Positions 17,451 through 25,775 of a stretch of DNA of 64,000 nucleotides are shown in pieces. A model generated the notes under the pieces. It made no database searches, was not told where the DNA came from, and worked only from the letters and a program-made list of their open reading frames with translations. A program made the translations under genes and the position numbers. The DNA is from Butyrivibrio sp. GTDB taxonomy: Bacteria > Bacillota > Clostridia > Lachnospirales > Lachnospiraceae. The stretch's first letter is position 1. Every line of letters starts with the position of its first letter. The stretch spans positions 6,045-70,044 of the forward strand of contig JAFPVA010000235.1 of the NCBI GenBank assembly GCA_017413105.1, given 5' to 3'.

Positions 17451-18791
17451 TCACCCCACTTTTTCTTTCATACGTTCAGCATATTTTTCAACAAATTCGT
17501 CGGCTCTTCCCTCTCCGCCTTCATCCTTCTGATTGATGGTAAGAAGAATCTCTTCCATGGAATTCTTTCCAAAAAACTCATAGGCCTCATTTACAGGACC
17601 GTACCAGGCAAGTCTTCCGGTTCTTGTAGCGTCCTTAGCAAGGACTATGACATCATCGAACAGATCGATTACTCTGTCAGGAGTATGGGTTATGACCACA
17701 ACAATCTTGCCTTCATCAGCAATCTCACGAAGACTCTCAAAAAGATTTCTTGCCACAACGCCGTCAAGGCCGGAGTCCGGCTCATCCAGGATAAAAAGAT
17801 CTGGATTTGAAATAAACTCCATGGCGATGGAAAGCCTCTTCCTCTGACCGCCGGAGAGCTTATCCACCAGATTGTTCTTAACCGCCATAAGTCCAAACTG
17901 GTCAAGCATTCTTGCTATCCTGTTTTCTCTTTCCATGACCGAAACATCTGCTGAAAGGCGCATGTACGCTGCATCCGACAAGGTCATGAAAACAGTGTCC
18001 GTTCCTCTCATAAGATCCTGCTGTGGAACGAATCCTATGTCATATTTCATTTTGGCATAATCACGGTATACATCAAATTTATCAAGCTTAATTGTGGCAT
18101 CTGCCTTCTCGTAGCCTGTCACCGCATTCAGATAGGTGGTCTTTCCGGCGCCCGACCCTCCGAGGAGCAGCACCATATGCCCCTTTGGAATGCACATGTG
18201 AATATCCTTAAGGAGAGTCTTTTTCTTAAAAAAGTCAATTGCAGTTCTCTTGTTTATATTGACGGTAAGACCATCATCAATAGCTGCAATCTCTTTCCCA
18301 AGACCCTTTGCAGCCTCGTTTTTGTTATAGTCTACAAATACTTTTGTGGGAACAAATTTAGACGACAGTCCCCACAGCAAAGCCGTAGGAGCTTCTAAAA
18401 AGATAAACAGCCATACCCAGCGACTTTTCCTCTCAAAAACCCTGATCAGTCCAAGATAGATCTTAATTTCGGTGATTATAATGGTGATATAGATACCTAC
18501 AAAAGGAATAATAAGGATCAGAAGTATAATGGTATTTTTCTGAAAAATCAAAGACGCCACACGGATAGCATAGTAAATTCCCGAAATTATTGTATAGGCC
18601 CGGCCTTCTTTTTCGCGATCTGCGCAGATACTGATATGGTACTCTCTTGCAATAGGTATAAACGACCATATCTTCTTAACACCGCACTTCTTGAAAATAT
18701 GCCAGTATCCAATAGAAATAATGATATAATTAAGGGTATGAATAACATCCGATACACCAAATTTCGCTAGCAATTCTGTGCTTTGGTCCAT
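17451..18791 (-). CDS. ABC ATPase with an N-terminal membrane domain (DUF5684-like)
   Basis: Walker A GGSGAGKT, LSGGQ, ILDEPDSGLD, ITH; N-terminal YWHIFKKCG..IWSFIP plus about 3 TM segments. Confidence 0.88.
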   Translation of the reverse strand: MDQSTELLAKFGVSDVIHTLNYIIISIGYWHIFKKCGVKKIWSFIPIAREYHISICADREKEGRAYTIISGIYYAIRVASLIFQKNTIILLILIIPFVGIYITIIITEIKIYLGLIRVFERKSRWVWLFIFLEAPTALLWGLSSKFVPTKVFVDYNKNEAAKGLGKEIAAIDDGLTVNINKRTAIDFFKKKTLLKDIHMCIPKGHMVLLLGGSGAGKTTYLNAVTGYEKADATIKLDKFDVYRDYAKMKYDIGFVPQQDLMRGTDTVFMTLSDAAYMRLSADVSVMERENRIARMLDQFGLMAVKNNLVDKLSGGQRKRLSIAMEFISNPDLFILDEPDSGLDGVVARNLFESLREIADEGKIVVVITHTPDRVIDLFDDVIVLAKDATRTGRLAWYGPVNEAYEFFGKNSMEEILLTINQKDEGGEGRADEFVEKYAERMKEKVG

Positions 18792-18850
18792 AATACGCCC
18801 TCACTGTCTAAAACGGAGACAATATACCATTATATTATACACTAATTAGC

Positions 18851-18914
18851 ATAAAAAATCAGACCGATATAAGCGTTATCGGTCTGATTTCCAATATTTT
18901 ATAAAATTTTCTTA
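18851..18914 (-). terminator. Terminator hairpin, copy 1 of a ~64-bp direct repeat
   Basis: aaatcagaccgata-taagcgt-tatcggtctgattt with a poly-U tail on the minus strand; near-identical to 25368-25430. Confidence 0.85.
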
Positions 18915-19697
18915 TTTATACATCTTTTCAAATATGGTTTCCAGGGATTTTAACAGTTCCTCTTTTGTCGCACTTTTTAGAATATACCCTTGCGGTTTCA
19001 GGCTCATAGCTCTTGCTATGCTGTCTTTTGTACCTACACCGGTCAGGAAAACCACCGGAATATTCGCAGTTAAAGTATCACTCCTTAACATTTCAAGAAT
19101 CTGCGGTCCATCCACAACCGGCATATCATAATCAAGCAGTATCAGATCGATCTGGTTCTTCATAAGAAAAGTTATGGCCTGCATGCCTGCCGTGGCAATG
19201 CTTAATGAATAAGTATCCTTAAGCCATTCCCTTACTATCTTGGCATAGGAGGGGTCATCATCAACAAGAAGGATCTTCTTTGTCTCCTTCATTTTAGCCT
19301 CAAGAGTAAAGATCCTGTTGACCCTGTCAGCAACCTCTTCCAGCTTTAGTGGTCTGTTGATCCACTGCGTGAGCTTTATCTCAGGTATAAGCTGCAACAA
19401 GCTATTGTGATAAGACTTATTGCCGATCAGAATAAGATATTTATTCTTATTCAGAATACAGTCGATAGTTTCCTCAAGAACACCCTGGGCCACTGAATCA
19501 CTCATGATCTCTTCGGGGATAACTATTATATACATGTTCGTTTTGTCCAGCGTCTTGATTATCTTGTCGATATCGACAAGCAAAGTTTCAACGTGATGTC
19601 CCAGATCCTTTACTGTTTTCTCGACACCCCTTACCTGAGTATTATGCTGAAAAGCGATAACTTTTACGAATTTTCCTCTAATCTTTTTATTGATCAT
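18912..19697 (-). CDS. Response regulator (degenerate REC-like N-terminal domain plus C-terminal REC, no DNA-binding domain)
   Basis: ILLVDDD, LDYDMP, FLT and YILK in the C-terminal half; the N-terminal half ends in INRPL, like a degenerate receiver. Confidence 0.85.
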   Translation of the reverse strand: MINKKIRGKFVKVIAFQHNTQVRGVEKTVKDLGHHVETLLVDIDKIIKTLDKTNMYIIVIPEEIMSDSVAQGVLEETIDCILNKNKYLILIGNKSYHNSLLQLIPEIKLTQWINRPLKLEEVADRVNRIFTLEAKMKETKKILLVDDDPSYAKIVREWLKDTYSLSIATAGMQAITFLMKNQIDLILLDYDMPVVDGPQILEMLRSDTLTANIPVVFLTGVGTKDSIARAMSLKPQGYILKSATKEELLKSLETIFEKMYK

Positions 19698-19736
19698 CTG
19701 CTTTCTCCTTCTTTGAGTTCCCTTTCAGCTACCGGC

Positions 19737-22700
19737 CTATGAATCCAGTATTTGTATCATTCCGTCATAATCAAAGCTGTCATAACATTCCTTAAGTCTG
19801 GTCACTTTATCCGCTTCTTCCTCAGAAAGTATGCAATCGTCCAGTTTACCAAAGGCGCCATCGATCATATCAAGATTCATTGACTCTGCTCCGTCCCTAA
19901 GCTCCTGATAAACTGTTTTAAGGAGGAACTTATTGGCTAGAGGTTTGGAATCATCTTCCGCTTCCGAATCACTTTCTTCGAAGTATACTGCGAGGAAGGA
20001 CCGATATTCTCTGTATTCCGCCATCACTCTGTCATGATTTGATCTGATAAAAGATATATCTCCTTCTTTTCCTGCAAATTCCAGATCTTTCGCATCATCA
20101 GACAATTCCATGGCACCTGCCAGCTTGGCGGAACTCTTTAGTGCATGAACTTTTGTGGTGTAATTAACCCAGTCCTCATTCTCATAATATTCTTCAATCT
20201 CAGCCTGCTTGGCTTCGATTGAATCATAGAATATCTTTAGTACAGTCTTAAATGACTCCTCTGATCCGCTGTTCCTAAGACCTTCCTCCACATCTATTCC
20301 TGAAATGCCTTCATACCACTTTGCGCCGGTTTTCTGCTCACTTTCTTCACTTTCCTCATTTACTTCACCGGCCCAATTGTTGTATTCCGGATAAAACTCC
20401 TGATCATCTTCCTCCAGATAATCATATTCCTCATCACTTATGATTTTCTCCTTAGGAAGGAGGATTCCAAGATTGTAGAACTGTTCATCTTTGTAAATGA
20501 ATGTCACGCCAAAGGTTCCCGGACCGCAGTTCAGTGAAGAAGCTGCGCACGCCTTTTGTAAAATGATATTTGCAAAATCATATTTTTTCCTGATCTGCTC
20601 TTCAATCCACACCAGATCTTTTTCCTTAAGATCAGCATAGGTCACAAAGACCACATCAAGGTCAGGTGCGATACCCGGTGGAAAGACAGTGTTTATATAT
20701 TTCTCAAAACATTCCCTCTTATCACCGGTAAACATCTTGTACAGCCTGAATTTATTATTCCTGACTTTAAGCGAAGGCTTAAGTGCAAGATTCTTAATTA
20801 TGCTGTATACCGCATGGCTCATAAAGCCCTGTCTCATCATGAATTCAGGATCGGAAACAATGAAGCTGCAATGGATTCTGTTCTTGACAGCTTCAAGTTC
20901 TTCGACTATTTTTTCTACCGGATGATTCTGCTGAGCCATTCTGTATGCTATAAGCACCATAAGGCCCATGGAGCTTGAGATACACCCAGAGTCCACAACC
21001 GTCACATTATCAAAAACTTTAGCTGCTTTGCAGGCTCTTAAGTATTCATCGCTCATCCCCGAAGCAAACGCAATATGTATAATGTGATGTGCCTTTTTAA
21101 TGTTTTTGCCAAAAAACTTTTCGAATTCTTCTGCTGTTGGCGGCTCAGATTCAAATACCTTGCCATCCTTATTCATGTAAGAGATCAGCTCATCAGCACC
21201 GGCCTCCACGGTATCCCAGAAAGTCTTTCCATCACCATGGACATTAAATGGTATTGTTTCAAGCTGAATCAGGTTTCTGACTACACTGTTCGGAAGATCG
21301 CACATAGTGCTTGTTGTAATGAGCACAGGAATCTTACGACTATATCCTTTCGCCGTAGTCATCTCTTTTCCGGCCTTTTCAGCATAGCCTTCACCATTTA
21401 TCTTGTACTCCGGCAGATACTTTATAAGCATGTCTTCCAGTTGCTGCCCGGATACAGGCTTTACAAGATAATCGTCAAATCCGCTGTTATTATACAGTTC
21501 TCTGTTTTCACTTCCGGCATTTGCGGTAAGAATGATCACAGGAACATTATTATTCAGACCACCCGTCTGACTTCTAAGCCTCTCCAGGCATTCGATTCCA
21601 TCCATTTCCGGCATGAGATGATCCATCAGAATCACGTCGTATGATCTGCTAAGTGTCTTTTCCAAAGCCTGCTGCCCGGTAAGTGCCACTTCAATAGTGA
21701 TTTTGGTTGACTCCAGAAGCTTCTTTTCAACTTCCAGGTTCATCTCATTGTCATCAACAATAAGTATTCTGGCTTCAGGCGCTTCGAAGCTCGATTCATA
21801 AGCATTCTGAGCTCTTGTGGAACCGAAATTCGCAATGTTGATCTCCCCGACATGTTGGCTGTCACTGATCTTTTGCCACAGCGAAACTGTAAATGTTGAG
21901 CCCTGGGTATACACGCTGTTAACGGATATTTTTCCATCCATAAGCTCTACAAGCTGCTTTACAATGGATAACCCCAGTCCTGTTCCCTCTATAAAACGGT
22001 TCTTTTCTTCATCTTCTCTGTGGAACGCATCAAAAAGATGAGGCAATGCCTCCTGCTTTATTCCCATTCCGGTGTCTGAAATGCTGAATACAAGAAGAAC
22101 CTGGTCTCCTTCTATCTGCTCTCGTTCCATGTACAGACTTATCTGCCCCTCGTTGGTATATTTAACGGCATTATTCAGGATATTAACCAGTATCTGCTTT
22201 ATGCGAACCTCATCTCCGTACAGCTCAGTGGGGATTGAAGGATCTACATCAACTTCCAGCTGAAGCCCCTTCTGCACTGCATTAAGCCAAACCATGTTAA
22301 CGATCTCAGATACCAAAGATGCAACGCTGTAATTGACCGGTATGATATCCATTTTACCCGCTTCTATCTTGCTGATATCAAGTATGTCATTTACCAGCGC
22401 AAGCAGCATCTTTCCGGCACCCTGTATGTTTCTTGCATCTTTTACAATCTCTTCGGAAGCATTTTCCTGTCTCAGAATAATCTCGTTCAGACCAAGGATA
22501 GAGTTGATCGGTGTTCTGATCTCATGGCTCATACTGGAAAAGAACTGGCTCTGCTGCCTGTTTGCTGCTTCTGCTTTCTTGGTCTCTTCCTGAGCACGCT
22601 TGTTTTCCTGCCTGAACATTTCCTTCTGAAAACGGACCATGGCATAGATACCAATGCCCACCAAAAGAACTGAAGCAATGGAATCAACGCAAAATTGCAT

Positions 22701-23174
22701 GTCCGTATGCTCGTAGACATATTCCGGGTGCAGAAAATACACCACATAATCAACTAACGTGATAATGCTGAGAACTGCCGTTGTCACAGTGCGCAGTACT
22801 CCCGACAGAGTAAATCCTATATACATGTAAATAAACGGAACCCAGATTATCCCGCCGCCTTTCGGTCCTCCTCCAAAGAAGAATGTGACGGGCACAATAA
22901 CAAAAATCAGAGTTGCAACCTGTATAAGCGCACCGGCTGTAATCTTTTTATAATGAACGCTGAAGCATGTCACAACAGGACAAGCTATAATCACGATACC
23001 CAGAACGATCACTTCCGCAGGATGCTCTTTTATAAAAAGATCTATAACAAATGCCAGGGCAGCCGTCACGCCTCCCATGATCGCCATGAAGCTGATCGTG
23101 CGCTCCTCAAAGCTTATCTCCGGACTATACAGTTTTTGGGACAATTTGCGGTTTTTTTCCAAAAGAAGGTTCAT
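19737..23174 (-). CDS. Membrane hybrid histidine kinase: TM-HisKA-HATPase-REC-DegV-Hpt
   Basis: SHEIRTP H-box, N/G boxes (NAVKY, DTGMG, GTGLGL), REC (VDDN, MDHLMP, KP), DegV-like segment (ITTSTMCDLP...VVDSGCISSSMGL...CGPGTFGV) and Hpt (VHALKSSA). Confidence 0.9.
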   Translation of the reverse strand: MNLLLEKNRKLSQKLYSPEISFEERTISFMAIMGGVTAALAFVIDLFIKEHPAEVIVLGIVIIACPVVTCFSVHYKKITAGALIQVATLIFVIVPVTFFFGGGPKGGGIIWVPFIYMYIGFTLSGVLRTVTTAVLSIITLVDYVVYFLHPEYVYEHTDMQFCVDSIASVLLVGIGIYAMVRFQKEMFRQENKRAQEETKKAEAANRQQSQFFSSMSHEIRTPINSILGLNEIILRQENASEEIVKDARNIQGAGKMLLALVNDILDISKIEAGKMDIIPVNYSVASLVSEIVNMVWLNAVQKGLQLEVDVDPSIPTELYGDEVRIKQILVNILNNAVKYTNEGQISLYMEREQIEGDQVLLVFSISDTGMGIKQEALPHLFDAFHREDEEKNRFIEGTGLGLSIVKQLVELMDGKISVNSVYTQGSTFTVSLWQKISDSQHVGEINIANFGSTRAQNAYESSFEAPEARILIVDDNEMNLEVEKKLLESTKITIEVALTGQQALEKTLSRSYDVILMDHLMPEMDGIECLERLRSQTGGLNNNVPVIILTANAGSENRELYNNSGFDDYLVKPVSGQQLEDMLIKYLPEYKINGEGYAEKAGKEMTTAKGYSRKIPVLITTSTMCDLPNSVVRNLIQLETIPFNVHGDGKTFWDTVEAGADELISYMNKDGKVFESEPPTAEEFEKFFGKNIKKAHHIIHIAFASGMSDEYLRACKAAKVFDNVTVVDSGCISSSMGLMVLIAYRMAQQNHPVEKIVEELEAVKNRIHCSFIVSDPEFMMRQGFMSHAVYSIIKNLALKPSLKVRNNKFRLYKMFTGDKRECFEKYINTVFPPGIAPDLDVVFVTYADLKEKDLVWIEEQIRKKYDFANIILQKACAASSLNCGPGTFGVTFIYKDEQFYNLGILLPKEKIISDEEYDYLEEDDQEFYPEYNNWAGEVNEESEESEQKTGAKWYEGISGIDVEEGLRNSGSEESFKTVLKIFYDSIEAKQAEIEEYYENEDWVNYTTKVHALKSSAKLAGAMELSDDAKDLEFAGKEGDISFIRSNHDRVMAEYREYRSFLAVYFEESDSEAEDDSKPLANKFLLKTVYQELRDGAESMNLDMIDGAFGKLDDCILSEEEADKVTRLKECYDSFDYDGMIQILDS

Positions 23175-25240
23175 GACATACCTCCTCTCTTATCATTTGA
23201 GATGAAGTTCGGAAGTACTTTCATCATGACTTTTTCAAAATCACCAATATTTATCGGCTTGCTGACGAAACCGTCAAAGCCTTCTCTGATAAACATTTCC
23301 CGCGCACCCGCCACAGCATTTGCTGTAAGTGCGATAACCTTAATATCTTTTCCGCTGTCTCCGGCTATCTGCTTAATTGCCTTCATAGCCTCAACGCCAT
23401 CCATTTCAGGCATCATGTGATCCATAAATACAACGTCATAATGGTTTTCGGAAATCTTTTGTATTGATTCTTTACCACTACCCGCTGTATCGGTTATCAT
23501 CTTGTAATTCTTCATGATTCCTGTGGCAACAACAAGATTCATGGGCTCATCATCTACTACCAGAGCCCTAAGGCCCTTGAATTCAGGCTTATCAATGAGC
23601 AGACTTGTTCCAACAACGCCACTGGTGATCTCCCCGTTAAGCACCTTTGCAACAGGATATCCATACAGTGGTTTTTGCATAACAATAACTCTGCTTCCCG
23701 TATTGACCTTAAATCCCGGGTTGGCAGCAACTGTAACTACTATTCCATCATCATTTAACTTGTCAAAAAAGAATGGTATCTCCGAATACTCCTCAGATCC
23801 GGTAAAAATATGAGTAATATCCTTCCTTTCCAGAAGTTTCTTAAGTTCCTTGATGCCATTAACAGAATAGAGATTCTGCTTAAGTGCTGCAGCAAGATTG
23901 AGCGCCATGGCATCATAAAACTCTCGAAGCTGTGGTACCTTAAACTTCTCTCCCCTGACGTAAAATACGATGTTTCTCGTAATCTTCTGATCAACGTAAA
24001 TACACTGACCGGGGTTTAAAACCTCCTGCGGAACACTGACACTGACTGTGGTCCCCCTGCCTTTTTCGCTCTGTATCTGGACAAAGCCGCCCATTCTTCG
24101 AACGAAACCGTAGACAATATTAAGACCAATGCCTATTCCGCCGGTGCTCCTATTTCTTGTCCTGTTCGCCTGATAAAGTCCCTTCGAAGCACTGCCCACC
24201 TCTTTTCTTGTCATGCCGATTCCGGTATCGGAAACTTCAATATTCAGATTTACGCCATAATCCCTCCTGGTGGCATCTATCTTAAGATAAACGCCGCCAT
24301 GCCTCGTAAATCTCAGGGCATTATCAAGAAGATGTCTTATTATCTTATGGAGCTTTTTTATATCCCCCTTCATCATTGTGGGAACATTCGGATTAAGATC
24401 GATTATGAACTCCAGATTATTCTGATTTACATACCCCGATATTCCCACGAGGATATCATTGACAAGAGAAGTGATCATGTACTTCTCTTCTTCAAGCGGT
24501 ATCTCTTTTCTCTGAATATCTGTATAATCCTGAATATCTTCAATCTGATGAGCAAGTCGTAGCCCTGCATCACGAATAGATGCTACTTCCTCACTTTCTT
24601 CCTTTTGCAGTAGCAAAGTAGCCAGACCATTAACCACATTTACAGGAGTTCTTAGCTCATGAGATATATTTACCAAAAAATCATCAGTCTCTTTATCAGC
24701 ATTTTTCCTTTCTTCGTCTCTTTCCCCTATGACTGCTTCATAGCTTTCTCTCTGCCTTATAGCCTGAATGCAGACATAGTAAATACAAAGCTCTGCGACA
24801 ACATGCAGAATAATCCTTGAGATTACAAGCGAACTGAACTCTATAGTATTCCCTCTGACTGCCATGATAATGTTAAGAATTATCAGGGCAAAGAATTCCA
24901 GCAATATACAATTGAGGAATAAAATCTTATTGATCATTGAAAATGCGACCATCATAAGTGAAGAAGCCACTACCAGGTCAAAGAAACTTGTTCCATGGAC
25001 ACCATGAAAAAGCGTCGCAAATGCGGCAAAGACTAAATAGAAATTTTCGCGAAAATCCTCTGTAGAATATTGAAATAAATGCATGCCCCAGGATGCTAAA
25101 AGGCCTGCTATTAAGAGTGGCGGAACCCAGAATTCCCACCCCTCTGATATGCTTTCTATTACCAAACCAGTGCTGGATACAGTTATAAGAATCATCAGAA
25201 CTATATGCACACTGGTTCTAGAATACATTCTATCTTTCAT
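23171..25240 (-). CDS. Membrane hybrid histidine kinase (TM-HisKA-HATPase-degenerate REC-REC)
   Basis: SHELRTP, NALRF, DTGIG, GIGIGL; C-terminal VDDE/MDHMMP/KP. Overlaps the next gene by 4 nt (ATGA). Confidence 0.92.
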   Translation of the reverse strand: MKDRMYSRTSVHIVLMILITVSSTGLVIESISEGWEFWVPPLLIAGLLASWGMHLFQYSTEDFRENFYLVFAAFATLFHGVHGTSFFDLVVASSLMMVAFSMINKILFLNCILLEFFALIILNIIMAVRGNTIEFSSLVISRIILHVVAELCIYYVCIQAIRQRESYEAVIGERDEERKNADKETDDFLVNISHELRTPVNVVNGLATLLLQKEESEEVASIRDAGLRLAHQIEDIQDYTDIQRKEIPLEEEKYMITSLVNDILVGISGYVNQNNLEFIIDLNPNVPTMMKGDIKKLHKIIRHLLDNALRFTRHGGVYLKIDATRRDYGVNLNIEVSDTGIGMTRKEVGSASKGLYQANRTRNRSTGGIGIGLNIVYGFVRRMGGFVQIQSEKGRGTTVSVSVPQEVLNPGQCIYVDQKITRNIVFYVRGEKFKVPQLREFYDAMALNLAAALKQNLYSVNGIKELKKLLERKDITHIFTGSEEYSEIPFFFDKLNDDGIVVTVAANPGFKVNTGSRVIVMQKPLYGYPVAKVLNGEITSGVVGTSLLIDKPEFKGLRALVVDDEPMNLVVATGIMKNYKMITDTAGSGKESIQKISENHYDVVFMDHMMPEMDGVEAMKAIKQIAGDSGKDIKVIALTANAVAGAREMFIREGFDGFVSKPINIGDFEKVMMKVLPNFISNDKRGGMS

Positions 25241-25367
25241 AAAAAGACTCCAAGCATATATTTATCCCATTATCGTCATTAGCATATACATTATAATGAT
25301 AATATTTCTTGCAGGATTACATATAAACTTGGAGTTAATTTTTTATAAAATTCACTGAAAACCTTTA

Positions 25368-25430
25368 ATAAAAAATCAGACCGATAACGCTTATATCGGT
25401 CTGATTTCAAATATTGTATTAAATTTTTTA
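25368..25430 (-). terminator. Terminator hairpin, copy 2 of the direct repeat (loop inverted)
   Basis: aaatcagaccgata-acgctta-tatcggtctgattt. Confidence 0.85.
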
Positions 25431-25718
25431 TCCCTGAAGGCCGTTTGCCTGACGGATCATATCCTCTACAACGATGTCATAGATTTCTCCCACAGTGTTG
25501 CAGTACTCCAGAACCTTCCAAGGCTCATTTGTATGGAAATGGATCTTTATAAGATCTTCGTCACCGGCTGCAATGAGGGAATTGCCCTCAAAATGCTCTG
25601 TGATATAATCTGCTATCTCATCCTCGTCAAGGTCCTTGTCTCTGCGGTCTATGAGAAGCTGTGTATCATAGCGGTATGCAAACTGATCGTCCTCTGCATC
25701 AATGGAATTAACTCCCAT
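25428..25718 (-). CDS. Small protein resembling the middle domain of fatty acid kinase FakA (DAK2-family)
   Basis: YRYDTQLLI...GNSLIAAGDEDLIKIHFHTNEPWKVLEY...GEIYDIVVEDM matches the FakA pattern GYCTE...GDSLxxxxDxxxxKVHVHTxxPGxV...GxLxxxKIxNM; strong AGGAGG SD. Confidence 0.75.
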   Translation of the reverse strand: MGVNSIDAEDDQFAYRYDTQLLIDRRDKDLDEDEIADYITEHFEGNSLIAAGDEDLIKIHFHTNEPWKVLEYCNTVGEIYDIVVEDMIRQANGLQG

Positions 25719-25775
25719 GGTATCTTCCTCCTTGCGAAAAAGCTTTGTCGTAATTTTCCGACACCATAGATGATA

